A DNA stretch of 64,000 nt from NCBI GenBank assembly GCA_041488255.1, contig JBGPOV010000003.1:13247-77246 (forward strand), given 5' to 3'. Below, in pieces: positions 52,336 through 62,795 of this stretch. The translations under genes and the position numbers were made by a program. Numbering within the stretch: the first letter of the stretch is position 1; each line of letters starts with the position of its first letter. Under the pieces are notes generated by a model. The model made no database searches. It saw only the letters and a list, made by a program, of their open reading frames with translations, and was not told where the DNA came from. Source of the stretch: Gammaproteobacteria bacterium. GTDB lineage: Bacteria > Pseudomonadota > Gammaproteobacteria > Burkholderiales > SHXO01.

Positions 52336-53297
52336 CCGAACAGATAAGCAGCGAGCTGTCTTCCGCAGAACATATAGATCAGTCCGGCTGCGGCGAGATA
52401 CGGTCCAAATGGAATCGGCTTCTCACGGGCGTGCTTCCAGAACAGGATCAGGGTAATGCCGACCAGTGCGCCCAGTATGGACGAGATCAGGATGACCGGC
52501 AGCAAACTGATCCATCCAAACCAGGCCCCTATGGCCCCGAGTAGCTTGAAATCCCCAAACCCCATCCCCTCCTTGCCTGTAGCGAACTTGAATGCCCAGT
52601 ACACCGACCATAAGGAAAGATAACCTACGGCAGCGCCGATAACGGCGTGATCGAGTCGTCCGGGCAGCGGCAGGGGCGACTGCGTATAGGCTGGGAAAAA
52701 CAGACTAGGGACCGCGCCGGCCGCGAGATTGACGAGCAGACCGAGCCACAGCAGCGGCAGGGTGATGTCGTCCGGCAGATACATCGTGTCCAGATCGATG
52801 AATGTGGCGGCGATCACGGCCCAACAGAACACCAGCGCACCGACGGTCGCGAGCGTGAAGCCGAACCGCCAGGCAATGTAGCCGGAGAGCAGACCGGTGA
52901 GGCTCTCCACGACAGGGTAACGCGCGCTGATGGCGGTGCCGCAACCCGCGCAGCGGCCGCGAAGCCAGAGCCAGCTCACCACCGGGATGTTCTGGGCCGC
53001 GGTGATCTTGTGCCCGCACTTGGGGCACGCGGAGCGCGGGATCAGCAGATTGCAGCGCGGCGCTTCGCCCAGGGACTTGCGTGTGTCGGCCAGGCCATCG
53101 GCCGCCCTGCGCACCGCCTCCGGGACTCCGCGCTCCTGGGCCCACTCGCTCATGACATCCAGCGCCTGGGCGCGCCACTCCCGGTTCAGCATCTGCGGCA
53201 GCCGATGAACGACCACGTTCAAAAAGCTCCCCACGATCAGCCCCAGGAGCAGGCACAGCCAGGGCAGGAAGGATGGTTCGCTCAACGTCTCAAGCAT
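52332..53297 (-). CDS. pilD: Prepilin peptidase / N-methyltransferase PilD (A24 family)
   Basis: GLIVGSFLNVVVHRLP, Cys motifs CPKCGHKI...CAGCG, and the catalytic Asp region GFGDFKLLGA. Confidence 0.9.
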   Translation of the reverse strand: MLETLSEPSFLPWLCLLLGLIVGSFLNVVVHRLPQMLNREWRAQALDVMSEWAQERGVPEAVRRAADGLADTRKSLGEAPRCNLLIPRSACPKCGHKITAAQNIPVVSWLWLRGRCAGCGTAISARYPVVESLTGLLSGYIAWRFGFTLATVGALVFCWAVIAATFIDLDTMYLPDDITLPLLWLGLLVNLAAGAVPSLFFPAYTQSPLPLPGRLDHAVIGAAVGYLSLWSVYWAFKFATGKEGMGFGDFKLLGAIGAWFGWISLLPVILISSILGALVGITLILFWKHAREKPIPFGPYLAAAGLIYMFCGRQLAAYLFG

Positions 53298-53473
53298 CGT
53301 GAGGTTTCGGTGAAGCCGAAGCTGCCGTGCAGGCTACGCCGGAGCCAAAGCTGCCGCCCAGCAGGCCGAGCATGCTGTCCAGAAGGTCCACAGGCAATGA
53401 TCTGGACTGGAGCAGTCCGATCATCGGTGGGGTCCAGGGCCGAATAGCGAGTACCTGGAACGAACCGGTACCT

Positions 53474-53523
53474 ATAGAACTCGGGACTCGAATAGAACTC
53501 GGGACTCGGAACTCGGAACTCGG
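53474..53523. repeat. Tandem repeats (2 x 18 nt, then 2 x 7 nt; RACTCGR heptad core) in the pilC-pilD spacer
   Basis: ATAGAACTCGGGACTCGA / ATAGAACTCGGGACTCGG / AACTCGG / AACTCGG. Bracketed by the inverted repeat CGGTGGGGTCCAG (53425-37) and CTGGACCACCG (53536-46). Confidence 0.8.
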
Positions 53524-53557
53524 CCCGGCGGGGGACTGGACCACCGGGCGACTCAGC

Positions 53558-54790
53558 TCAGACCGCTTGGCCCATCTTGAAGATCGGCAGATACATGGCG
53601 ATGACCATGCCGCCGATGAGCGTGCCCAGTACCACCATGATCATCGGCTCCATGAGGCTGGACAGGGCCTCGACGGCATCGTCCACTTCCGCCTCGTAGA
53701 AGTCCGAAACCTTGCTGAGCATGGCATCGAGTGAGCCGGACTCCTCGCCGATGGCCACCATCTGACAAACCATACTGGGGAATACGTTGCTGTTTTGCAT
53801 AGCCGTGGTCAGGCTGGTGCCGGTGCTGACTTCTTGCTGGATCTTCTTGGTTGCCTGCACGTAGACATAGTTGCCCGACGCTCCGCCCACCGAGTCTAGC
53901 GCTTCCACCAGGGGCACGCCGGCAGCGAACATGGTGGCGAGCGTGCGCGTCCAACGCGCCATGGTCGCTTTGCGGATGACGTCTCCGAATACCGGCAGCT
54001 TCAAGAACATTCGGTCCATGGCGGCCTGCATCTTGGCCGAGCGCCTCCAGGTATAGAAGAAAAACCACAGACCGAACCCGAGGCCGCCGAAGATGAGGTA
54101 CCAGTACTTCACGAAGGCGTCGGAGAGTGCCATCACGAACAGCGTGGGTGCGGGCAGGTCGGCCCCGAAGTTCGAGAACAGGTCCTTGAAGGCGGGGATC
54201 ACGAAAATCATGATCACGGCGGTGATGATGAAGGCCACCACGAGGACCGAGATCGGGTAGAACAGCGCGGACTTGATCTTGCTCTTGATGGCGAGGATCT
54301 TCTCTTTGTAAGTCGCCAATCGATCCAACAGATTGTCCAAGATACCGGCCGCCTCGCCGGCCCCGACGAGGTTGCAGAACAGGGCGTCGAAGTACAGCGG
54401 GTGCTTGCGGAAGGCCGTGGCCAGTGCGCTCCCGGTCTCCACCTCGGTCTTGACGTCGAGCAACAGCCTACTTACGGCCGGGTTGGCGTGACCCTTGCCG
54501 ACGATGTCGAAGGCCTGCAGCAGCGGCACGCCTGCTTTCATCATCGTGGCGAGCTGGCGGGTGAACAGCGTGATGTCCTTCTCCGTGATCCTCCCGCCCA
54601 GCCCGGCGCGCTGTCGCTTGACTTTGAGGACGGTGATCCCCTGGCGGCGCAGGAGAGACTGGACCACCGCCTCGCCGCTGGTCCGCATGTCGCCCTTGAG
54701 GATCTTGCCGGCGCGGTCCCGCCCTTCCCATGAGTAGGTGTGTTCCTTAACTTCCCGCCGGACGGCGGTCGCTGCGGCTGCAGTTGCCAT
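53558..54790 (-). CDS. pilC: Type IV pilus inner-membrane platform protein PilC (GspF family)
   Basis: Two GspF repeats (..FTRQLATMMKAGVPLLQAF.. and ..WTRTLATMFAAGVPLVEAL..). C-terminus ..AMYLPIFKMGQAV. Confidence 0.9.
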   Translation of the reverse strand: MATAAAATAVRREVKEHTYSWEGRDRAGKILKGDMRTSGEAVVQSLLRRQGITVLKVKRQRAGLGGRITEKDITLFTRQLATMMKAGVPLLQAFDIVGKGHANPAVSRLLLDVKTEVETGSALATAFRKHPLYFDALFCNLVGAGEAAGILDNLLDRLATYKEKILAIKSKIKSALFYPISVLVVAFIITAVIMIFVIPAFKDLFSNFGADLPAPTLFVMALSDAFVKYWYLIFGGLGFGLWFFFYTWRRSAKMQAAMDRMFLKLPVFGDVIRKATMARWTRTLATMFAAGVPLVEALDSVGGASGNYVYVQATKKIQQEVSTGTSLTTAMQNSNVFPSMVCQMVAIGEESGSLDAMLSKVSDFYEAEVDDAVEALSSLMEPMIMVVLGTLIGGMVIAMYLPIFKMGQAV

Positions 54791-54806
54791 AGTGGTTTGC
54801 TCCAGA

Positions 54807-56522
54807 CTATTCGTTGGTCACCGCTTCCACCTCCTCGAGGGAGGTCACGCCCTGCTTGACCTTGAGCAGCCCGGATTGGCGCAGGTCCTTGACTCCTTCG
54901 CGCCGAGCCTGTTGGGCGATATCGATGGCATTGCCGTTCTGCATGATGATGCGGTTGATCTCGTCGCTTATGGGCATCACCTGGTAGATGCCCACCCGCC
55001 CCTTATATCCCGTGTTCTTGCAGGTCTCGCAGCCCACGTGCGTGTAATGCTGCCAGCTGCCGTCCAGTTCCCGCTCGCTGAATCCCGCGCGCAAAAGCGC
55101 CGGTTTGGGAATGTCCGCCGCCCGCTTACAGTTCGAGCACAGTCGCCGCGCCAGTCGCTGGGCCGTGATCAGCATGACCGAAGTAGCGATGTTGAAGGGG
55201 GCAATCCCCATATTCATCAGCCGAGTCAGCGTGGTGGGCGCATCGTTGGTGTGCAGCGTAGACAGGACCAGATGCCCCGTCTGCGCGGCTTTGATCGCGA
55301 TCTCACCCGTTTCCACATCCCGGATTTCCCCCACCATGATGATGTCGGGGTCCTGGCGCAGAAACGCCTTGAGGGCCACCGCAAAAGTCAGGCCAGCCTT
55401 CTCGTTTACGTTGACCTGATTGATGCCCGGCAGATTGATTTCGGCCGGGTCCTCGGCCGTGGAGATGTTGGTGCCAGGCTGATTGAGGATGTTCAGGCAG
55501 GTGTATAGCGATACCGTTTTGCCTGACCCAGTCGGTCCAGTTACCAGGATCATCCCATAGGGGCGGCTGACGGCGTGCATCAGCGCCTCCTTCTGCTCCG
55601 GCTCGTAGCCCAGCGCTTCGATCCCCTGCGTGGCGCTGGACGCGTCCAGGATGCGCAGCACCAGCTTTTCGCCAAACAGGGTGGGCAGTGTGCTTACCCG
55701 GAAGTCGATGGCGCGGTTCTTCGCCATCACCAGTTTCATGCGCCCGTCCTGAGGCACGCGCTTCTCCGAGATGTCGAGCCTGGAGATCACTTTGATGCGC
55801 GAGGCGACCTTCTCCTTGATGGCGAGCGGCGGAGTGGCGATCTCGTATAGCTCGCCGTCGATGCGGTAGCGGATGCGGTACACCTTCTCGTAGGGTTCGA
55901 AGTGAATGTCCGAGGCGCCGCTCTGGATCGCGTCGAGCAGGATCTTCTGGATGTAACGCACCACCGGGGCATCGTCGATCTCGACCGTCGGCGCCTCGCC
56001 TACCGGGTCGGTCTCGGCCTCGGTGAGGTTGGCGGCCATTTCTTCGTCGGCCAACTCCTTGAGATTGACGCCCGCCGCGGTCAGCAGCCTGCCGATGACG
56101 GCGCCCAGCTTGCTGTCCTCCACCACCACCGGCTCGATGTGCAGCCCGGTCTGGAACTTGATCTGGTCCATCGCCGCCCGGTTGGTGGGGTCGGAGATGG
56201 CGACGAACAGGCGGTTGCCGCGCTGGTAAAGCGGCAGCGCCCGGCGGCCCTGCAGGGCTTTGGCGTCGATGAACTTGACCGGGAGGTGGTCGGTTTCGAA
56301 CGCGGTCAGGTCAATCAGCGGGAACCCGAAGGTCTGCGCTGCGAACTCCGCCACCTCCGCTTCGCCGAACCGCTTCCCTGAGACCAGCTCTTCGACGAAG
56401 GTGACCCCGGCCTCGTTGGCTTTGGCCTGGAGCTGTTCGGCCTCACGCTCCGCAAGGAGGCCCTTCTGGACCATCGCCCGGCCCAGGCCAGAAAGCTGAC
56501 TTTGTGTTTCTGCAACAACCAT
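54807..56522 (-). CDS. pilB: Type IV-A pilus assembly ATPase PilB
   Basis: GspE N-terminal domain, Walker A VTGPTGSGKTV, Asp/His boxes, tetracysteine CSNCK..CETCKNTGYKGR. Confidence 0.9.
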   Translation of the reverse strand: MVVAETQSQLSGLGRAMVQKGLLAEREAEQLQAKANEAGVTFVEELVSGKRFGEAEVAEFAAQTFGFPLIDLTAFETDHLPVKFIDAKALQGRRALPLYQRGNRLFVAISDPTNRAAMDQIKFQTGLHIEPVVVEDSKLGAVIGRLLTAAGVNLKELADEEMAANLTEAETDPVGEAPTVEIDDAPVVRYIQKILLDAIQSGASDIHFEPYEKVYRIRYRIDGELYEIATPPLAIKEKVASRIKVISRLDISEKRVPQDGRMKLVMAKNRAIDFRVSTLPTLFGEKLVLRILDASSATQGIEALGYEPEQKEALMHAVSRPYGMILVTGPTGSGKTVSLYTCLNILNQPGTNISTAEDPAEINLPGINQVNVNEKAGLTFAVALKAFLRQDPDIIMVGEIRDVETGEIAIKAAQTGHLVLSTLHTNDAPTTLTRLMNMGIAPFNIATSVMLITAQRLARRLCSNCKRAADIPKPALLRAGFSERELDGSWQHYTHVGCETCKNTGYKGRVGIYQVMPISDEINRIIMQNGNAIDIAQQARREGVKDLRQSGLLKVKQGVTSLEEVEAVTNE

Positions 56523-56594
56523 TTAGTGCCTTAACCCCGAATCTACTTGAGGAATGATCCCGGGAGCCGTACATGCGTGCAGCGGAACCCCCGA

Positions 56595-57866
56595 CTAATT
56601 TGACCGCTGGGGCGGATGGATGCGCGCAGATCGAACCGCTCGATCCTGTGTCTGGACGATCTCGATCGGAACTCCCGAGATCTTGACCATCGTACCGGGC
56701 TCGGGAATGGCCTCCAGGTGCTCGAGAATGAGCCCGTTCAGAGTCTTCGGACCGTCCAGCAGGAAGTGCGTCCCCAGCTTGCGGTTGAGTTCCCGCAACG
56801 GCGTCACACCCTCGGCCAGGACGCTGCCGTCCTCCTGGCGTGTGATGCCGCCGGCCTGCAACGGTGAGTGGGTGGTGAACTCCCCGATGATCTCCTCGAG
56901 GATATCCTCCAGTGTAATCAGCCCCATCAGCTCGCCGTACTCGTCCACCACCAACCCAAGGCGCTCCTCCTCCTCCTGGAAGTTGTGGAGCTGGGCCAGC
57001 AGCGGTGTGCCCACAGGGATGTAATAGGGCGGTCGCATGACCTGCGCCAGCGTTTCCGAGCGGATGTCGTCGACGCCGAGGTTGAGGACCTTCCTTACGT
57101 GCAGAACCCCGATGATGTTGTCCAGGCTTCCGCGGTAGACCGGCATGCGCGTGTGGTTGCTGGTGTTGATCTGCCGCTTGAGCTCCTCGGGCGGGGCGTC
57201 GATGTCGACCACTTCGATCTGGCTACGGGGGGTCATCAAGTCATCCACGGTTATCGACTGCAGATCGAAAAGATTAAGCAGGATCTTCTGGTGCTTGGGC
57301 GGAAGGAAATGGCCGCCCTCCAGCACCAGCGTGCGCAGCTCTTCCAAGCTGAGCACGTTCGCTTGGCCGGCAGCCGGCGGTTTGAGCCGCAGCAGCGTCA
57401 ACAGTCCTTTGACAAACAGATTGACGAACCATACGAGCGGGTAGACCAGTCGCAGCAGCGGGGCGAGGACGTAAGCCGCGGGGAAGGCGATACGCTCGGG
57501 GTAGGAGGCGCCAATCACCTTGGGCGTGATCTCGCTGAACACCACGATGAAGAAGGCTGCTGCGCCGGTGGCGATGGCCAGCCCCAGCTCGCTCTCACCC
57601 AGCAGGCGGAACGCGATGACGGTCGCGAGCGACGCGGCCGCGGTGTTAATTAGGTTGTTGCCCAACAGGACCACGCCCAGCAGCTTGTCGGTCTGAGCCA
57701 GCAGTTGCGCGGCCAACCTAGCGCCGCGGCTGCCGGTCCTAGCGAGGTGCTTCAACCGATAGCGGTTGAGCGCCATCATGCTGGTTTCGGAAATGGAGAA
57801 GAACGCGGAGACGAACAGGAGTACGACGAAGGCGACCAGCAGCGATTGGAGCGAGATCTCGTCCAA
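56595..57866 (-). CDS. HlyC/CorC family transporter (DUF21/CNNM-CBS-CorC)
   Basis: N-terminal DUF21 TM domain, a CBS pair, and the CorC_HlyC C-terminal domain. Confidence 0.85.
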   Translation of the reverse strand: MDEISLQSLLVAFVVLLFVSAFFSISETSMMALNRYRLKHLARTGSRGARLAAQLLAQTDKLLGVVLLGNNLINTAAASLATVIAFRLLGESELGLAIATGAAAFFIVVFSEITPKVIGASYPERIAFPAAYVLAPLLRLVYPLVWFVNLFVKGLLTLLRLKPPAAGQANVLSLEELRTLVLEGGHFLPPKHQKILLNLFDLQSITVDDLMTPRSQIEVVDIDAPPEELKRQINTSNHTRMPVYRGSLDNIIGVLHVRKVLNLGVDDIRSETLAQVMRPPYYIPVGTPLLAQLHNFQEEEERLGLVVDEYGELMGLITLEDILEEIIGEFTTHSPLQAGGITRQEDGSVLAEGVTPLRELNRKLGTHFLLDGPKTLNGLILEHLEAIPEPGTMVKISGVPIEIVQTQDRAVRSARIHPPQRSN

Positions 57867-57942
57867 AGGGGCTTACCTCGCGCAGACGAACACCAACTCA
57901 GTATCGGCGTGCGAAAAGCGGGCTGTCAAGGCGACTCGGGCA

Positions 57943-58797
57943 TCATCGGTGCAGACTGACTTCGAGCACCAACTTGCTGCCGATATAAGCGAGCACAAGG
58001 GCGACGAACCCCGCCAGGGTCCAGCGCAGCGCCGCGCGCCCGCGCCATCCATAGATACGCCGCCCGGCGAGCAGCGCGGCATAGATGCACCAGGAGAGGA
58101 TGCCGAACACCACCTTCTGGTTGACCTTGAGCGGTTGCCCCACCAGCTCTTCCGAGAACAGCATGCCGCTGCCCAGCGTCAAACTGAGCAGGACGAAGCC
58201 CAATGCGATGATGCGAAACAGCAGCCGCTCGACGGTCAACAGTGGAGGCAGCGACTGCAGGTAAGCAGGCAGCCGTCCGCCATGCAGACGGTTTTCCAGC
58301 ACCGCCATCATCAGCGCCTGCAGAGAAGCGATGGTGAACAAGCTGTACGCGAGCAGCGCGATCAGCAGATGCAGGCGAAAGGCGGGCAGATCAGTGTGCG
58401 ACAGAGCATGCACCGGCGGCAGCACCAGCGGCACCAGCAGCAGGATCGCTGCCGCGCCGGCGATGAACACCTGCAGCCCTTCCAGACGCTGGAAGAAGCC
58501 GACGCTCCAATAGATGAGGACGGTGAGCCAGATGATGACCGATACCGCGTTGCCCACACCCAGGAACATCTGCCCGTCGGAGAATACCGATCGGTACAGC
58601 AGGGCGGTGTGCAGTGCTAAGGGCAGGGCCGTGGCCAGATGAAGCACGCGCGGCCCGAGCAGCCCGCTTGGCTGCGGCCGTGACATCGCGCGGGCGAGCA
58701 GGACGGCCACCACGGCATACAGGGCCGAGCACAGCAGATAGGGTAGAATTCGCGGCATGGGACTCGCGCGGGCAGCGAGCGCGCGCGTGTCGTGCAA
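57943..58797 (-). CDS. ypjD: Cytochrome c assembly family inner-membrane protein (YpjD/CcsA-like)
   Basis: 8-TM protein divergent from ffh, as in E. coli ypjD-ffh. Confidence 0.75.
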   Translation of the reverse strand: MHDTRALAARASPMPRILPYLLCSALYAVVAVLLARAMSRPQPSGLLGPRVLHLATALPLALHTALLYRSVFSDGQMFLGVGNAVSVIIWLTVLIYWSVGFFQRLEGLQVFIAGAAAILLLVPLVLPPVHALSHTDLPAFRLHLLIALLAYSLFTIASLQALMMAVLENRLHGGRLPAYLQSLPPLLTVERLLFRIIALGFVLLSLTLGSGMLFSEELVGQPLKVNQKVVFGILSWCIYAALLAGRRIYGWRGRAALRWTLAGFVALVLAYIGSKLVLEVSLHR

Positions 58798-58843
58798 GTC
58801 TACATCATCTCCCAGTGCGGTTTCTCCCTCACGGCACTAACCG

Positions 58844-60193
58844 ATGTTCGACAATCTGACCCATCGCCTGTCGGGCGTAATCAAGACGCTGCGCGGCCAA
58901 GCGCGGTTGACAGAGTCCAATATTCACGATGCGTTGCGCGAGGTGCGCGTCGCGCTGCTCGAAGCCGACGTGGCGCTGCCGGTGGTGAAAGACTTCGTCG
59001 CGCGCGTGAAAGAGCGAGCGCTGGGTCAGGAGGTCATCGGGAGCTTGACGCCGGGTCAAGCCGTCGTGGGCGTGGTGTTCGAGGAGCTGACCGCCCTGCT
59101 GGGCGAGGCCAACGTACCCCTCGATCTGGCCACAGTCCCGCCCGCCGTAATCCTGATGGCCGGTCTGCAGGGCTCGGGCAAGACCACGACGAGCGGTAAG
59201 CTCGCGCGCTTGCTGCGCGAGGACATGCGCAAGAAGGTCTTGCTGGTGAGCTGTGACGTGTACCGCCCAGCGGCCATCGACCAGCTCCGAACGCTGGCTG
59301 CGCAGGTTGGCGTCGAGTTCTATACCACGACGGCAGACCGCAAGCCGGTCGCCATCGCCGAGGCCGCGCTTGACTACGCTCGCAAGCACTACTACGACGT
59401 AGTCATACTCGACACCGCCGGGCGCCTCGCGGTAGACCAAGCGATGATGCAGGAGATCCGTGAATTGCACCTGGCCTTGAAGCCTATCGAGACGCTGTTC
59501 GTGGTCGACGCCATGCAGGGCCAGGACGCGGTCAACGTGGCGAAGGCCTTCGGAGATTCGCTGCCGCTGACCGGGGTGGTCCTGACCAAGCTCGACGGCG
59601 ACGCGCGCGGCGGCGCCGCGCTGTCGGTCCGGCACGTGACCGGTAAACCTATCAAGTTCGCGGGCGTGGGTGAGAAGCTGGCCAACCTCGAGCCCTTCCA
59701 CCCCGAGCGCATGGCCTCGCGCATCCTCGGTATGGGGGACGTGCTGAGTCTGGTAGAGGAGGCGCGCCGCAGCGTGGACCTGGAAGAGGCGGAGAAACTT
59801 GCCAAGAAGGTCAAGAGCGGCAGGGGCTTCGATCTGGAGGACTTCAAGGCCCAGATGCAGCAGATGAGGAAGATGGGAGGGCTCACCGCGCTGATGGACA
59901 AGTTGCCGGCCCAACTCGGGCAGCTGGCACAGGGCGCTAACGTAGACGAGAACGTGATCAACCGCACTATCGGCATCATCAACTCCATGACGCCCGCCGA
60001 ACGCGCTCGACCGGAGCTGATCAAAGCCTCGCGCAAGCGCCGCGTGGCCACCGGCGCCGGCGTGTCGGTGCAGGAGGTGAACCGGCTGCTCAACCAGTTC
60101 GAGCAGATGCACAAGATGATGAAGATGATGAGCAAGGGGGGCATGCAAAAGATGATGCGTTCCATGCGCGGCATGCTGCCTGGGATGAGATGA
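58844..60193 (+). CDS. ffh: Signal recognition particle protein Ffh
   Basis: MFDNLTHRLS.., GLQGSGKTTT, DTAGR, TKLDGDARGG, and a Met-rich M domain. Confidence 0.95.
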   Translation: MFDNLTHRLSGVIKTLRGQARLTESNIHDALREVRVALLEADVALPVVKDFVARVKERALGQEVIGSLTPGQAVVGVVFEELTALLGEANVPLDLATVPPAVILMAGLQGSGKTTTSGKLARLLREDMRKKVLLVSCDVYRPAAIDQLRTLAAQVGVEFYTTTADRKPVAIAEAALDYARKHYYDVVILDTAGRLAVDQAMMQEIRELHLALKPIETLFVVDAMQGQDAVNVAKAFGDSLPLTGVVLTKLDGDARGGAALSVRHVTGKPIKFAGVGEKLANLEPFHPERMASRILGMGDVLSLVEEARRSVDLEEAEKLAKKVKSGRGFDLEDFKAQMQQMRKMGGLTALMDKLPAQLGQLAQGANVDENVINRTIGIINSMTPAERARPELIKASRKRRVATGAGVSVQEVNRLLNQFEQMHKMMKMMSKGGMQKMMRSMRGMLPGMR

Positions 60194-60286
60194 GCCGCGG
60201 CACGTCTGGGCCCGAGCGGTTCGGGCCGCGCTAGCTGCGGCGGTACAATGCCCCCTCCACAACCCGTTGGTTCGCGAGCCGGAGCC

Positions 60287-61051
60287 ATGCGCCTGCTGGT
60301 CGCCATCGTAGTTTTCTGCCTGGCTGGGCTCGCCTCCGGTCAGGACTACGAGCGCGAGCAACGCTGGGCCGACCAGATCCTGCCCGCTCTGATGATCGGC
60401 GACGCCGTATGGCTCGAGCAAAAGAACGGGCACAAGTTCCTCGCCCTCTACACCGAGGCCAAGAACGCGCGCGGCGCCGCCATCGTCGCGCACGGACGCG
60501 GTTGGAGCCCCGATTACGAGCTGTACGGCACTCTGCGCACCAAATTGGCCGAGGGCGGCTACACCACTCTTTCGATTCAACTGCCTGTGCTCGGGGGCGG
60601 GGCCAAAATCGGCGACTACCTCCCGACCTTTCCCGAAGCGCGCGAGCGCTTCCAGCTGGCGGCCAATTACTTGAAGGCGAAGGGCTACAAGAACATCGCC
60701 ATCGTGTCACATAGTCTGGGGGCGACCATGGCCAACCAGTACTTGATCGACACCGACGACAAGACAGTCAAGGCCTGGGTGTTCATCGGCATCATCAACG
60801 GCCTCGAGGAGATGTTCCGCATCAAGATCCCGGTGCTGGACATATTCGGAAGCAAGGACTGGGAGGTCACCCAGGTCGGCGCCTACGAGCGGCGCAAGCA
60901 GATCATGAAGATCAAGGGCTCGGACCAGATCGTGGTCGCGGACGCGCTGCATTTCTTCGAGGGCAAGGAGGACGAGCTGACCAGGATCATCATCACGTTC
61001 CTGGACCAGGTCTTCCACAACGGCAACCCGACCACCGCCGCCAGCCGCTGA
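60287..61051 (+). CDS. Secreted alpha/beta hydrolase family protein
   Basis: Signal peptide MRLLVAIVVFCLAGLASG and nucleophile elbow VSHSLGA. An alternative ATG is at 60248. Confidence 0.7.
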   Translation: MRLLVAIVVFCLAGLASGQDYEREQRWADQILPALMIGDAVWLEQKNGHKFLALYTEAKNARGAAIVAHGRGWSPDYELYGTLRTKLAEGGYTTLSIQLPVLGGGAKIGDYLPTFPEARERFQLAANYLKAKGYKNIAIVSHSLGATMANQYLIDTDDKTVKAWVFIGIINGLEEMFRIKIPVLDIFGSKDWEVTQVGAYERRKQIMKIKGSDQIVVADALHFFEGKEDELTRIIITFLDQVFHNGNPTTAASR

Positions 61052-61101
61052 AACCCAGGTCCGGCTGCGCCTGGAGGCCGCTGTCGCCCTGCGCTGGTTG
61101 C

Positions 61102-61131
61102 TTGCAAAGAGCCGGAAAAGCAGCTTAAAAT
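61102..61131 (+). promoter_or_regulatory. Candidate sigma70 promoter of rpsP-rimM-trmD-rplS
   Basis: TTGCAA (61102-07), 18-nt spacer, TAAAAT (61126-31), about 30 nt upstream of rpsP. Confidence 0.35.
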
Positions 61132-61159
61132 CTCGGGCTTCGCTTACGGGGGTGGACAA

Positions 61160-61435
61160 ATGGTGGTGATCAGACTTGCACGCGGTGGAGCCAAGAAGCG
61201 TCCGTTCTTCAACGTGGTTGTGGCTGAGTCCCGTAGCGCGCGTGACGGCCGCTTCATCGAGCGGCTGGGCTTCTATGATCCGAAGGCGCCGGCAGGCCGA
61301 GAGTCGCTGCGTATCTCCGTTGAGCGCGTGACCCACTGGCAGAGCCGCGGTGCCAAGGTCAGCGACACGGTCGCCCGTCTGGTCAAGCAGCTGTCGGCCG
61401 GCAAGGCCGCGGCCGTGCAACCCGTCCAGAACTAG
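61160..61435 (+). CDS. rpsP: 30S ribosomal protein S16
   Basis: [34 protein letters not shown]. Confidence 0.95.
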   Translation: MVVIRLARGGAKKRPFFNVVVAESRSARDGRFIERLGFYDPKAPAGRESLRISVERVTHWQSRGAKVSDTVARLVKQLSAGKAAAVQPVQN

Positions 61436-61512
61436 ACCGGCCAGACCCGGCGCGACGATCGTGCTAGAGCGTGCCGCCGCGACGCGATGGTAGAGAGGCG
61501 CGTGGTAGCCTC

Positions 61513-62004
61513 ATGATGATCGTGATGGGGCGTGTCGCGGCGCCATTCGGAATCAGGGGCTGGATAAAGATCCAGCCCTTCACGCGGACAGTAGGCAGTC
61601 TGCTCGAACACCCGGCGTGGTGGCTCGGACGAGAGGGCAGATGGGGCAGCAGCAAGGTGGAAGAGGGCGCCGTCCACGGGCGCTCGCTCATCGCCAAACT
61701 GGAAGGATGCGATGACCGGGACGCGGCGGCGCGCTTGAAGGGGATGGACGTCGCGCTTCCTCGCACCGAGCTTCCCGCCAGCGCAGACGGGGAATACTAC
61801 TGGAATGATCTGATCGGCCTGGAGGTGGCCACCCGCGAGGGCGTGGCCTTAGGCCGGGTGGCTGGACTCATCGAAACCGGCGCCAACCAGGTTCTGGTCG
61901 TGCGGGGAGAGCGCGAGCGGCTGATTCCCTTCGCCGAGCCGGTGGTGATATCGGTGGAAGTGGCCGACGGTCGACTCACGGTGGACTGGGACGCGGACTC
62001 TTGA
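61513..62004 (+). CDS. rimM: Ribosome maturation factor RimM
   Basis: ..[21 protein letters not shown].. and a PRC barrel C-terminus. The start is uncertain: ATG 61513/61516, or GTG 61471 as in the track. Confidence 0.85.
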   Translation: MMIVMGRVAAPFGIRGWIKIQPFTRTVGSLLEHPAWWLGREGRWGSSKVEEGAVHGRSLIAKLEGCDDRDAAARLKGMDVALPRTELPASADGEYYWNDLIGLEVATREGVALGRVAGLIETGANQVLVVRGERERLIPFAEPVVISVEVADGRLTVDWDADS

Positions 62005-62777
62005 TCCACTTTGACGCGGTTACGCTATTTCCGGAAATGTTCGACGCCCTCACCCGCTCGGGTGTGACGCGCCGGGCGTTCGAATCCGGATTGTTCGAAC
62101 TGGTGCTGTGGAATCCGCGCGATTTCAGCACCAACGCATACCGGTCGGTGGACGACCGGCCCTACGGCGGCGGGCCGGGCATGGTGATGATGGCGGAGCC
62201 GCTGGACAAGGCGCTGAAGGCGGCGCGCCAGCGCCAGCGCAGCTGTGGCGTGCGCGAGCCGAAGGTGGTGTACTTCACGCCCCAGGGGCGAGTGCTGGAT
62301 CATGAGCTGGTGGTCGAGTTGGGCCGGCTCGAGGGCCTGATCTTGCTGGCTGGCCGCTACGAGGGCGTCGACGAGCGCCTGGTGAGGCGTCAGGCCGACT
62401 ATGAGGTGTCCATCGGCGACTACGTGCTGTCCGGAGGCGAACTGCCGGCAATGGTCCTGATGGACGCGCTGGTGCGGCAGATCCCCGGCGTGCTGGGCGA
62501 TACGGAGTCGGCGCTGCAGGAGTCGTTCGTGCACGGCCTGTTGGACTGCCCGCATTACACTCGGCCGGAGGTGTATGAAGGGATCCCGGTCCCAGCGGTG
62601 TTGATGTCCGGCAACCACGCGGAGATCGACCGCTGGCGCCTCAAGCAATCCCTGGGCCGTACTTGGACGCGGCGGCCGGAACTGCTCGCAAGGATGAAGC
62701 TCAACGCGGAGCAGCAGGCGCTGCTGGAAGAATACAAACGCGAGGTGCAGGAGCAGGAAACCGCGCGCGCAACCTGA
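62001..62777 (+). CDS. trmD: tRNA (guanine37-N1)-methyltransferase TrmD
   Basis: [36 protein letters not shown] start overlapping the rimM stop. Confidence 0.95.
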   Translation: MIHFDAVTLFPEMFDALTRSGVTRRAFESGLFELVLWNPRDFSTNAYRSVDDRPYGGGPGMVMMAEPLDKALKAARQRQRSCGVREPKVVYFTPQGRVLDHELVVELGRLEGLILLAGRYEGVDERLVRRQADYEVSIGDYVLSGGELPAMVLMDALVRQIPGVLGDTESALQESFVHGLLDCPHYTRPEVYEGIPVPAVLMSGNHAEIDRWRLKQSLGRTWTRRPELLARMKLNAEQQALLEEYKREVQEQETARAT

Positions 62778-62795
62778 TTTTCGGGAGCAACGAAG

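Noticed and set aside
53290-53544. 84-codon minus-strand ORF filling the pilC-pilD spacer
   Set aside because: No SD. It overlaps the pilD start. It translates the tandem repeats into SSEFRVPSSIRVPSSI. GC3 of its distal half is about 66%, against about 85% for real genes here. It is treated as non-coding under the repeat-element finding.
58829-60580. 583-aa minus-strand ORF
   Set aside because: It is antisense to ffh, which has unmistakable SRP54 motifs. The product is low-complexity and His/Arg/Gly-rich. The same reasoning rejects 59392..60306.
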